Positions 36,605-47,591 of a stretch of 64,000 nt of DNA are shown piece by piece. A model generated the notes under the pieces. That model was not told the DNA's origin, ran no database searches, and saw only the letters and a list, made by a program, of their open reading frames with translations. Source of the DNA: Squalus acanthias (lineage: Eukaryota). Numbering within the stretch: the stretch's first letter is position 1; the number at the start of each line of letters is the position of its first letter. The stretch lies in the NCBI GenBank assembly GCA_030390025.1, contig CM059432.1, positions 52,454,001 to 52,518,000 of the forward strand. Direction: 5' to 3'. The position numbers were made by a program, and so were the translations under genes.

Positions 36605-39499
36605 ATGTCAGGAAGGGACAGAAGGTATGGAGTAAAAGGTAAAGTGTTAAATAAGGAAAAAGCAGGAAGTAAGTGTCGCAAAATACATTTGAAAGTTCTT
36701 TATCTGAATGCATGTAGCATTCGTAACAAAATTGACGAGTTAACGGCACAAATAACTATGTATGGGTATGATCTTGTGGCCATTACAGAAACATGGCTGC
36801 AGGGTGACAACGTCTGGGAATTAAATATGCCAGGGTATTTAACAATCAGGAAGGACAGGCAGGAAGGAAGGGGAGGGGGGGTGGCTATGTTAATAAAGAA
36901 AGGAATCACTGTAATACAGAGAAATGATATTGGGTCAAAAGATCAGGATAATGAAACAGTTTGGGTAGAGATTAGGAATAATAAGGGGAAAAAAACACTG
37001 GTGGATGTAGTATATAGGCCTCCTAATAGTTGCAACTCTGTTGGAAGAAGTATTAATCAGGAAATAGTTGGGGCATGTAATAAGGGAACAGCTATAATTA
37101 TGGGGGATTTTAACTATCATATTAACTGGACAAATCAAATTGGGCAGGGCAGCCTTGAGGAAGAGTTTATTGAGTGTCTTAGGGATGGATTTCTTGAGCA
37201 GTATGTAACTGATCCTACAAGGGGGCAAGCAACCTTGGACCTGGTACTGTGTAATGAGTCTGGATTAATTAATAATGTCCTAGTTAAGGATCCCCTTGGA
37301 ATGAGTGACCATAACATGGTTGAATTCCATATCCAATTAGAGGGTGAGAAGGTTGGTTCTCAAACAAGCATACTGAGCTTGAATAAAGGAGACTATGATG
37401 GCATGAGAGCAGAATTGATTAAAGTGGACTGGGAAAATAGATTAAAGGGTAAGACGGTACATGAGCAGTGGTGTTCATTCAAGGAGTTATTTTACAACTT
37501 TCAAAATAAATATATTCCACTGAGGAAAAAAGGGTGTAAAAGAAATGACAGCCATCCATGGCTAAGTAAAGAAATTAAAGAAAGTATCCAACTAAAAACA
37601 AGGACATATAAGGTAGCCAAAGTTAGTGGGAGGATAGAAGATTGGGAAGTCTTCAAAAGACAACAAAAAGTAACTAAAGGATTGATTAAGAAAGGGAAAA
37701 TAGACTATGAAAATAAATTAGCAAAAAATATAAAAACAGATAGCAAGAGTTTCTATAGTTATATAAAAAGAAAAAGGGTGGTTAAGGCAAACGTAGGTCC
37801 CTTAGAGGATGAGACCGGGAAATTAATGGTGGGAAACATGGAGATGGCAAAAATGCTGAACAAATATTTTGTTTCAGTCTTTACGGTAGAGGACACTAAG
37901 AATATCCCAACACTGGACAAACAGGGGGCTCTAGTGGGGGAGGAGCTAAATATGATTAAAATTACTAAGGAATTGGTACTCAGTAAAATAATGGGACTCA
38001 AGGCGGATAAATCCCCTGGACCTGATGGCTTACATCCTAGGGTCTTGAGAGAAGTGGCAGTAGGGATTGTGGATGCTTTGGTAATAATTTTCCAAACTCC
38101 CTGAACTCAGCAAAGGTCCCGGTAGATTGGAAAACTGCTAATGTAACACCCTTATTTAAAAAGGGTTGTAGGCAGAAGGCTGGAAATTATAGACCAGTTA
38201 GCCTAACATCTGTGGTGGGTAAAATTTTGGAGTCTATTATTAAGGAGACAGTAACGGAACATTTAGATAAACATAATTTAATAGGACAAAGTCAGCATGG
38301 CTTTATGAAGGGGAAGTCATGTCTGACAAATTTGCTCGAGTTCTTTGAGGACATAACGTACAGGGTGGATAAAGGGGAACCAGTAGATGTAGTGTATTTA
38401 GACTTCCAGAAGGCATTCGACAAGGTGCCACATAAAAGATTATTACTCAAGATAAAAAAATCACTGGATTGGGGGTAATATTCTGGCATGGGTGGAGGAT
38501 TGGTTATCTAACAGGAAGCAGAGAGTTGGGATAAATGGTTCATTCTCGGACTGGCAACCAGTAGCCAGTGGTGTTCCGCAGGGGTCGGTGCTGGGTCCCC
38601 AACTCTTTACAATCTATATTAACGATTTGGAGGAGGGGACCGAGTGTAACATAGCAAAGTTTGCAGATGATACAAAGATGGGAGGGAAAGTAGAGAGTGA
38701 GGAGGACATAAAAAACCTACAAGGGGATATAGACAGGCTGGGTGAGTGGGCAGAGATTTGGCAGATGCAATACAATATTGGAAAATGTGAGGTTATGCAC
38801 TTTGGCAGGAAAAATCAGAGAGCAAGTTATTATCTTAATGGCGAGAAACTGGAAAGTACTGCAGTTCAAAGGGATCTGGGGGTCTTGGTGCAAGAAAATC
38901 AAAAAGTTAGTATGCAGGTGCAGCAGGTGATCAAGAAAGCCAATGGAATGTTGGCTTTTATTGCTAGGGGGATAGAATATAAAAACAGGGAGGTATTGCT
39001 GCAGTTGTATAGGGTATTGGTGAGACCGCACCTGGAGTACTGCATACAGTTTTGGTGTCCATACTTAAGAAAAGACATACTTGCTCTCGAGGCAGTACAA
39101 AGAAGGTTCACTCGGTTAATTCCGGGGATGAGGGGGTGGACATACGAGGAGAGGTTGAGTAGATTGGGACTCTACTCATTGGAGTTCAGAAGAATGAGAG
39201 GCGATCTTATTGAAACATATAAGATTGTGAAGGGGCTTGATCGGGTGGACGCGGTGAGGATGTTCCCAATGATGGGTGAAACTAGAACTAGGGGACATAA
39301 TCTTAGAATAAGGGGCTCCTCTTTCAAAACTGAGATGAGGAGAAACTTTTTCACTCAGAGGGTAGTGGGTCTGTGGAATTTGCTACCCCAGGAAGCTGTG
39401 GAAGCTACTTCATTAAATAAATTTAAAACAGAAATAGACCGTTTCCTAGAAGTAAAGGGAATCAGGGGTTACGGGGAGCGGGCTGGAAATTGGACATGA
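36605..39499 (+). pseudogene. CR1 ORF2 (APE endonuclease + reverse transcriptase), complete except for two 1-nt homopolymer indels
   Basis: YLNA.SIRNK, ITETWL, GDFN, SDH, NYRPVSLTS, GVPQGSVLGP, FADD. Frame breaks at about 38094 and 38460. Confidence 0.93.
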
Positions 39500-39586
39500 G
39501 TTTGAGTTCGGATCGGTCAAGGCCCTGTGGGTGGCGGAGTGGGCCCAGGGGCCGAGTGGCCTGGTCCTGCTCCTGCTTCTTGTGTT

Positions 39587-41291
39587 ACATAAGAACATAA
39601 GAACATAAGAAATAGGAGCAGGAGTAGACCAATCGGCCCCTCGAGCCTGCTCCGCCATTCAATGAGATCATGGCTGATCTGATCCAACCTCAACTCTAAA
39701 GAACACAAGAAGCAGGAGCAGGACCAGGCCACTCGGCCCCTGGGCCTGCTCTGCCACCCACAGGGCCTTGACCGATCCGAACTCAAACTCATGTCCAATT
39801 TCCAGCCCGCTCCCCGTAACCCCTGATTCCCTTTACTTCTAGGAAACGGTCTATTTCTGTTTTAAATTTATTTAATGAAGTAGCTTCCACAGCTTCCTGG
39901 GGTAGCAAATTCCACAGACCCACTACCCTCTGAGTGAAAAAGTTTCTCCTCATCTCAGTTTTGAAAGAGGAGCCCCTTATTCTAAGATTATGTCCCTAGT
40001 TCTAGTTTCACCCATCATTGGGAACATCCTCACCGCGTCCACCCGATCAAGCCCCTTCACAATCTTATATGTTTCAATAAGATCGCCTCTCATTCTTCTG
40101 AACTCCAATGAGTAGAGTCCCAATCTACTCAACCTCTCCTCGTATGTCCACCCCCTCATCCCCGGAATTAACCGAGTGAACCTTCTTTGTACTGCCTCGA
40201 GAGCAAGTATGTCTTTTCTTAAGTATGGACACCAAAACTGTATGCAGTACTCCAGGTGCGGTCTCACCAATACCCTATACAACTGCAGCAATACCTCCCT
40301 GTTTTTATATTCTATCCCCCTAGCAATAAAAGCCAACATTCCATTGGCTTTCTTGATCACCTGCTGCACCTGCATACTAACTTTTTGATTTTCTTGCACC
40401 AAGACCCCCAGATCCCTTTGAACTGCAGTACTTTCCAGTTTCTCGCCATTAAGATAATAACTTGCTCTCTGATTTTTCCTGCCAAAGTGCATAACCTCAC
40501 ATTTTCCAATATTGTATTGCATCTGCCAAATCTCTGCCCACTCATCCAGCCTGTCTATATCCCCTTGTAGGTTTTTTATGTCCTCCTCACTCTCTACTTT
40601 CCCTCCCATCTTTGTATCATCTGCAAACTTTGATATGTTACACTCGGTCCCCTCCTCCAAATCGTTAATATAGATTGTAAAGAGTTGGGGACCCAGCACC
40701 GACCCCTGCGGAACAACACTAGCTACTGGTTGCCAGTCCGAGAATGAACCATTTATCCCAACTCTCTGCTTCCTGTTAGATAACCAATCCTCCACCCATG
40801 CCAGAATATTACCCCCAATCCAGTGATTTTTTATCTTGAGTAATAATCTTTTATGTGGCACCTATGTGGAAGTCTAAATACACTACATCTACTGGTTCCC
40901 CTTTATCCACCCTGTACGTTATGTCCTCAAAGAACTCGAGCAAATTTGTCAGACATGACTTCCCCTTCATAAAGCCATGCTGACTTTGTCCTATTAAATT
41001 ATGTTTATCTAAATGTTCCGTTGCTGTCTCCTTAATAATAGACTCCAAAATTTTACCCACCACAGATGTTAGGCTAACTGGTCTATAATTTCCAGCCTTC
41101 TGCCTACAACCCTTTTTAAATAAGGGTGTTAGATTAGCAGTTTTCCAATCTGCCGGGACCTTTGCTGAGTTCAGGGAGTTTTGGAAAATTATTACCAAAG
41201 CATCCACAATTCCTACTGCCACTTCCCTCAAGACCCTAGGATGTAAGCCATCAGGTCCAGGGGATTTATCTGCCTTGAGTCCCATTATTTT
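39587..41291 (-). mobile_element. Second, 5'-truncated copy of the same CR1
   Basis: Near-exact reverse complement of 37985-39586, plus a complete 3' UTR and (CATAAGAA)n tail at 39587. Confidence 0.93.
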
Positions 41292-41384
41292 CCTTGTCAT
41301 TGGTTCTAATTATAATGTATCTATCAGTTCCTAATCACATCTCTGCCAATACATGTTGTTTATTGTATTTCTGCACAATTAACT

Positions 41385-41670
41385 TGCATTTGTCTAGTCC
41401 CAAAGTACCTTTGAAATGTAGATACTGTTGTAATGTAAAGAAACACAACAGCCAATTTGCGCACAGCAAACAGCAATGAGGTAAATAAGCAAATAATCTG
41501 CTTTAACAATGTTGGTTGAGGGATAAATGTTGGTTAGGGCACCACGACAACTCCCTGCTGTTCTTCAAATAGTGCTATAGGATTTCATCTGAAAGACGGC
41601 ACCTCTCATTGCATCACTCCCTCAGTACTACACTGAAAAGAAAGTTAGCCTAGGTTATGTGCTGAAGTCT
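41385..41670 (-). mobile_element. Deu-domain SINE fragment; inverted partner at about 42150-42353 (+)
   Basis: Reverse complement of the Deu-like core seen at 12430-12600. Confidence 0.65.
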
Positions 41671-41694
41671 CAGAAACTGGGAGATGAGAAAGCT

Positions 41695-42145
41695 TTTTTA
41701 AAATTTGTTTATGGGATGTGGGCGTCGCTGGCAAGGCCAGCATTTATTGTCCATCCCTAATTGCCCTTGAGAAGGTGGAGGTGAGCCGCCTTCTTGAACC
41801 GCTGCAGTCCGTGTGGTGAAGGTACTCCCACAGTGCTGTTAGGGAGGGAGTTCCAGGATTTTGACCCAGCAACGATGAAGGAACGGCGATATACTTCTAA
41901 GTCAGGATGGTGTGTGGCTTGGAGGGGAACTTGGAGGTTGTGGTGTTCCCATGCGCCTGCTGCCCTTGTCCTTCTAGGTGGAAGAGGTCGTGGGTTTGGG
42001 AGGTGCTGCCGAAGAAGCCTTGGCGAGTTGCTGCAGTGCATCTTGTAGATGGTACACACTGTAGCCATGGTATGCCGCTGGTGGAGGGAGTGAATGTTTA
42101 AGGTGGTGGATGGGGTGCCAGTCAAGTGCGCTGCTTTGTCCCACA
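41695..42145 (-). mobile_element. 3' end of a distinct CR1/L2-group LINE family
   Basis: ORF C-terminus IHSLHQR..ATVCTIYKMH...RSFIVAGSKSWNSLP...FKKAAHLHL, followed by a 3' UTR. Confidence 0.75.
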
Positions 42146-42571
42146 AGGCTCTGTATGCCCTCTCACGTCAACGTAAAGAATCCTATAGCACTATTTAAAG
42201 AACAGCAGGGAGTTGTCCAGGTGTCCTAACCAACATTTATCCCTCAACCAACATTGCTAAAGCAGATTATTTGCTTATTTACCTCATTGCTGTTTGAGGG
42301 GCCTTGCTGTGCGCAAATTGGCTGTTGTGTTTCTTTACATTACAACAGTATCTCATTACAGTTGTCATGTACTGGTATTGTCAGATGGCGCACTAAGCAC
42401 TAACTAGAAGATAGAGTGAGTCCCATTCATAGAATCTGAGGTGCTAAGTTCAATTATAGTGCAAGGATTGAACTGCCAACAACAGGCAGTGCATTTACTG
42501 TACCAACTGAACAACTAGGAGAGCTTGACATGCAGATTCCTTTTTAGAAATTCAACAAAATCAAAGTTGTA

Positions 42572-43130
42572 GGGGGAAAAATTGAGTTGCGCCCCCTTTG
42601 GGGCGCTAACTTTGCTTAGCGCCCCGAAAAAATTAGTGCCCCCGCAGCCAAAATTCACCGGTAGCACCCCAAGAGGGAAATGGGGTGCTACTGGAAGCGC
42701 CCCGCCTCCCTCTTGGAGCGCTGCGAGTGAATAACGCAGTGCTATGTGCCGCGGTACTGCAGGCCTTCCTCCCCTTCTTAAAGGGGAGGGGCCTTGCGCA
42801 GCGCGACCCGGGGCCCAGCTGGGCCACCAGGGATCGGAGTGCCGGCAAAACAGCCCAGCACTCAAGAGAAGTGCCGGGCTCATGGAGCGCAGCCGACACT
42901 CTGCGGGGGGTTGCTCAGGAGGCCAGGGACGGCAACGGGGGCAGGTGCTGGCAGGTAGCCAGCAACAAAAATGGCCGCCCGGCACCTCCCCTTTAATTTG
43001 TGCCGCCCCGGCCGCAGGTAGGCCCCCTTGACCCCGTCAGACATAGCGTCCGGCGGTAAGTCAGGGGGCGCTACTGAATATCGCAGCCGGGGCGCGAGCG
43101 GGAGGCGCAAAGCAACCGAATTTTTAGGCC
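42572..43130 (+). mobile_element. CpG-rich MITE (internally deleted relative of 48353-49084)
   Basis: Ends GGGGGAAAAATTGAGTTGC...GCAACCGAATTTTTAGGCC; highly similar to the 48.4 kb copy. Confidence 0.8.
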
Positions 43131-43342
43131 TTAGAATTTTTCTGTTGTAAAGCATGTCAGTTAGAGCTGGTGAGATACTAAATGGTGACCACCACTTATG
43201 CAACCGTACCCCAACAAGGGAGAGGAGGAAAGGGAAGAAATGTAGTGAATTAAAGCAGCTAAATGTAGAGGTAACTTTGCCAAAAACTCGATGTAGTTTT
43301 GTTTTCTTTTGTGTCTAATTCTGCCATCTGGTTCCATTTCAG

Positions 43343-43431
43343 TTGTAACTTTGATGACACTGCCCAATATCGTGCTTCAGCCATGAATGTAAAGGGAGAA
43401 CTTTCAGCTTTTGCATCAATTGTGGTGAAGA
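43343..43431 (+). CDS. MYOM1: MYOM1 coding exon 6 (CNFDDTAQYRASAMNVKGELSAFASIVVK)
   Basis: TTCAG| acceptor, GA|GTATGT donor, phase 2-1, 89 nt. Confidence 0.95.
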
Positions 43432-43536
43432 GTATGTCAATGAAATGAATTTTTCATGTTAATCTGCTTTAGTTGATTGAGTTATTTTGTGGTGGATTGC
43501 ATCAACAGATATCCATCTGTTTCCCATTTGTTTCAG

Positions 43537-43596
43537 GATTCAAGGGAGAGCAAGACGATCTCTCATTCCGTGCTGGAAGATTTGCACCTCCCTCTT
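43537..43596 (+). CDS. MYOM1: MYOM1 coding exon 7 (linker RFKGEQDDLSFRAGRFAPPS)
   Basis: TTCAG| acceptor after a 105-nt intron. The donor TT|GTAGGT gives the phase 1 needed by the next exon; 60 nt. Confidence 0.8.
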
Positions 43597-44204
43597 GTAG
43601 GTACCATGTTCATTAGTATGACCAGCTTTAAAATCGATACCTACTCCTGGATAAAAAAGATTTTCATCCTGTTAATTGATTCTAGGATGGTGTCTGCTTT
43701 ATATGTTGACATGCATAATGGTCCTTCCTATAATCTAATCCTATAATTAATACTCCTTGATATATCTTCTCTCCTCTTTTCAACTTTCTTATGCTCTTCA
43801 CTATGGATTTGGCTCTTCACCTAATGTTCTCAATTAAAAAATAAAACTGCAACCAGTTTATAATTAATTCTGTTCTTGCTGGTACTGGACCCCCTCTGGT
43901 TTGATAGATTAAACAGGGTGCAATCTGCAGAGTACAGCCAACATTACTCAAAATAGTTGAAGATTAAAAATACAAACAATTACAGGCTGCAGAATTTCAA
44001 ATCTACAGTTGACCGTGGGAAATTTATGTAATGAAAAAACAAAAGCTGAATTTAAAATAAATCTTAAAAGAACATTAGATTTGGTTTGAAAGGAACAAGA
44101 ATTGGTAAAGGTGAATCAGTGATACTAAGGCACAGTTTCCATAACTATGATTACACTCTTTCCTGTGAATAAAAGAAAAAAAACATGAATGTTGTATATC
44201 TGAC

Positions 44205-44568
44205 GTAAAGACAAAATATGCTAGAAATGTACAGTCGGTTGATCAGCATTTGAAAGAGACATATAGGTTAATGTCTCGGGTGTTTGGCTTCATTAGAACT
44301 GACACACTTAAAATGAACAAGGCAAGTCAAGACATTTGCCAGGAGAGTGACTCACGGAGCAGATTTGAATTCTTGGCTTCTACCTGTTTTTCTCCTCTAC
44401 CCTCTATTTTTGGGAATGTCTTGATGCCCCTGTAGTTCATCATAAGGGATTTCTCTAGCCTGACTCTGCCAGATCTGAGGAAAAACAGACCTAAAATATA
44501 AATCTTTCTTTCTCCTTCAGATGCTGACCAACCTAGTTTTCAACTCCAGCACTTTCTGTTTTTATTTG
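44205..44568. mobile_element. Decayed inverted pair of Penelope-like terminal repeats
   Basis: The left arm resembles 11310-11404; the right arm (about 44435-44568) is its diverged reverse complement. Confidence 0.45.
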
Positions 44569-44639
44569 GACTTTTTCTAGGCCTAGTACATTTAGAGCTG
44601 AAATTTTAACAGTGAGAAGATATTATCGTTAGAAACAAA

Positions 44640-46310
44640 GGCTGCGATTTTGCCATCGGAGGTGGGATCACGGTGGGAGAGGTCGTTGGCGGGTGCCGGT
44701 CCGGCTCCTGGCTCCAGCCACTCCGTGAAAAGAATTTTCCCCTGATTGGGCTTGTTAAGCCCGCTGTGCAAGGTTCCTGGCCAATTAAAAGGAAGCGGGT
44801 CTGATGATGTCATTTGATGATGCGTCATCAGCCGGTTTCCTTAAAGGGACCCTGGCCACATTCATTTTGACCGTTGTGCTGTCAGTGTTCTACAGTATTG
44901 AGATGCTGCAAACACTGACAAGCACTGCACAGAGGTGCACGGCTGCACCCAGGCTTCCGCATGACTCCCTCCATATACTTATGGAGGGAGTCACAGCACG
45001 CAGGGAGGTTCTCTTCCCTTCCAAGGATGGAAGAGACCTCCCCAGGAGACCAACGCAGCCTGGTTGCACATTGCACAGGAGAGCACAAGCAGGGATGTGG
45101 TCAGGAGGCCCAGGCTGCAGTGGCGCAAACCTTTCAATGATCTCAGTAGATCACGAAATGTTACTGCAAAGCCACACTCACCTTCATCCTGCTGTGCCTC
45201 TCATCACATCCCCATCACTCTGCCTTCCCTACCCTACTCCTACACATCCTTACTCACGCTAGCTTACCTTGCACCTCCAACCATCCCTCTCTATCTACAT
45301 TATCACTTCCCCATCTCACTAGTCACCCCTCACACTCACCCTCATCCTAGTGCAATTATACCAACTAACAACACATAAGGGTAGGCACCTGAGTGTTTTA
45401 TGCAATGTTCATGTAAATTTTCTGTTAATGTGCTCTCAAACATTGAAATCTATATTTTCCACACTCTCCCTTATTGAAGGATCTGTGCTCACCTTTGCAA
45501 GTGTCTTAGTGAGTTGTAGTGAATGTTGAGACATTACTCCCCCCGCCAATTGTGATGAGTGTGAAATGAATGACTTGGACATTGTAGGGATGCTTTATGG
45601 TGTTGGTGTGGGGTGGTGTCAACCTGGCACATCATGTGGCCGCCAGGGTGTACAAAGTCAAGTGAAATAAATCTGGCCATGGTGACACCATCGCTGGCCT
45701 CCCAGGCAGCAATGTTGTCGGCTGCTGATGCCCTGTGTCCTGTGCAGCATCAGGTGATTGCGGAGAAGGTTGGTGTTGTTGTTGGTGATGTTGGTGTGCC
45801 TGGTGATGTTGGTGTTGGGGCTGACTGTGGAGGGATTCAGAGGACCAAGGTGAGAGTTTTTCAAGGGCACCGATGTTGCTGGAATAGATGGCAGCTGCAG
45901 TTGAGATGACAGAAGCGATGACAGTGGATAGAGAGTTTACTCCAAACACTTCCAAACTGCATACTACTCAAAAGTGTCTTCCAAGTCCTGAAGGCTCAAG
46001 CTTCTGACATTGGAAAGTGACCAGCTGTGAGATGGTATCTTTCATACCACTCTTGCAGCTGTCACCTATTCACAGCAATGGGGAGACATAGAGAACCCGA
46101 CCTACTTACCTGACGTGATCTCCGAACGCCGTGAACCTCGTTAAAAGGTGGAAAAATAAAAAAAGGCTGGCAAAATAGTAGTTAACAAGCGTTAAACAAG
46201 CATTTAACTACCTTAATTGCCTCCCCCGCCACTTGGTGTCGGGTCTGTTCTGAAATCGCACTGGATAGATCTGGCAAACCCTGTACCCCACTTGCAAACC
46301 TTCCGCGGGG
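44640..46310 (+). mobile_element. Deleted Harbinger transposon with a Myb/SANT-like ORF remnant
   Basis: AAPR...SLHILMEGVTARREVLFP on + at about 44940-45020. A Q/H-rich segment on - (45632-45955) resembles the leader of the nuclease ORF at 51219. The right boundary is uncertain. Confidence 0.6.
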
Positions 46311-46480
46311 TTTATATTATAGTACTGGGAGAGTGCTACTCACTAACCCTTTGCTGAGGATCCCAATGCCAACTAATTGCTTGCAAGGGCCACTATCAAG
46401 AATTGCTTGCGTGGGTCACTATCGGAAACGTAACAGTGAAAGAAAAGTGAAAATACTAAATGGAATTCTTTTCTGAATAG

Positions 46481-46645
46481 ACGACTATTTCCCTGGAGAC
46501 TCTCACATGAAGTTTGATGTGCACATAGTTGAAAAGTTTGACGTGTCATTTGGTAAGGAAGGAGAGACGATGAGCTTGGGCTGCACTGTCATCGTTCACC
46601 CCAGCCTAAAGCGATTCCAGCCAGAGATCCAGTGGTGGCGCGATG
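46481..46645 (+). CDS. MYOM1: MYOM1 coding exon 8 (Ig My3: KFDVSFGKEGETMSLGC...FQPEIQWWRD)
   Basis: AATAG| acceptor, TG|GTAAGT donor, phase 1-1, 165 nt. Confidence 0.93.
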
Positions 46646-47253
46646 GTAAGTGTTGTCTGTGTATTGGAGAAACCGTCATGAAGTCGCGCTTGGCAAGACC
46701 AAGCCGCTTAAAAAAAAGGTTCCTTATCTTCCCTCCTTTCCTAACAGTGTTGAATCTTACTGGAGTACTGTTCCACAAGCACTGGTCTCCAACCCGCCCC
46801 CCCATCCCAATACCACATCAAAGCAGCCAATCTTCATTTGCGAGCTTAGATGATGAGTATCTGCAAGCTATTTGACTGTACGGGACCTTGCTGCTAAGCC
46901 CAACGCTGTCCTTACCTGCTGTCCAGACATGGAGCTTTTCGATGTTGTTCACTGGATAGCAACCAGGCACAGGAAATGTGGCTGATTTTGTCAGTTTTTC
47001 CCTGTCCTAACCCAGAAGCACTGAGATCAATTGTAGTGTAGAACTGCTGGTCTGGGTGAGATCAACTGAGCCAGCACAGACCAGGGATTGAATCTGGAAG
47101 TTTCCTGGTCTGTACAGTCGAATGTCACACACTACCTACTGAGCGATTGGGAAAGTCGAATGCAGCTTCTTATGATAAAATCTAATGGTACTTCTTTAAA
47201 AAAAAGCTATGAGTAGCCATTATAGATTCAGAGAGTTGACTGCTTTAAATTTA

Positions 47254-47471
47254 AGAAGTCGCACAACACCAGGTTATAGTCCAACAGTTTTATTTGAAAT
47301 CACAAGCTTTCGGAGCTTACGTAGCCCCTTCCTCAGGTGAAGTGACCTGAGGAAGGGGCCACGTAAGCTCCAAAAGCTTGTGATTTCAAATAAAACTGTT
47401 GGACTATAACCTGGTGTTGTGCGACTTCTCATTTTTGCCCACCCCAGTCCAACACCGGCATCTCCGCATCA
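47254..47471. mobile_element. Penelope-like insertion: inverted terminal-repeat palindrome with hammerhead motifs and a 17-bp TSD
   Basis: Near-perfect palindrome 47254-47429 plus a 42-nt extension; direct repeats TGAC(T/C)GCTTTAAATTTA at 47237-47253 and 47472-47488. Confidence 0.8.
47300..47340 (-). ncRNA. Minimal type I hammerhead ribozyme motif
   Basis: UCAC-CUGAGGA-A-GGGGCU-ACGUA-AGCUCC-GAAA-GC-UU-GUGA: intact CUGANGA/GAAA core, stem I UCAC/GUGA, stem II, and a palindromic AAGCUU stem III. Confidence 0.7.
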
Positions 47472-47591
47472 TGACCGCTTTAAATTTAGTTAATATTGTA
47501 TACCTATGGTTTCATGTTTAACAGTCATAACTTGCAATGAAAACTTAGCATAAACGAAGATAAGAAGGTCAAGTGTATATGTAAAGACAAC

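Larger units (their letters stand above)
36089..39586. mobile_element. Young CR1 LINE with 5' inversion (3' terminal 129 nt on -, remaining 3.4 kb on +)
   Basis: The (CATAAGAA)n tail and distal 3' UTR at 36089-36217 are joined to a truncated ORF1. The + segment ends at 39586, at the point in the element where the 129-nt piece begins. Confidence 0.85.
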
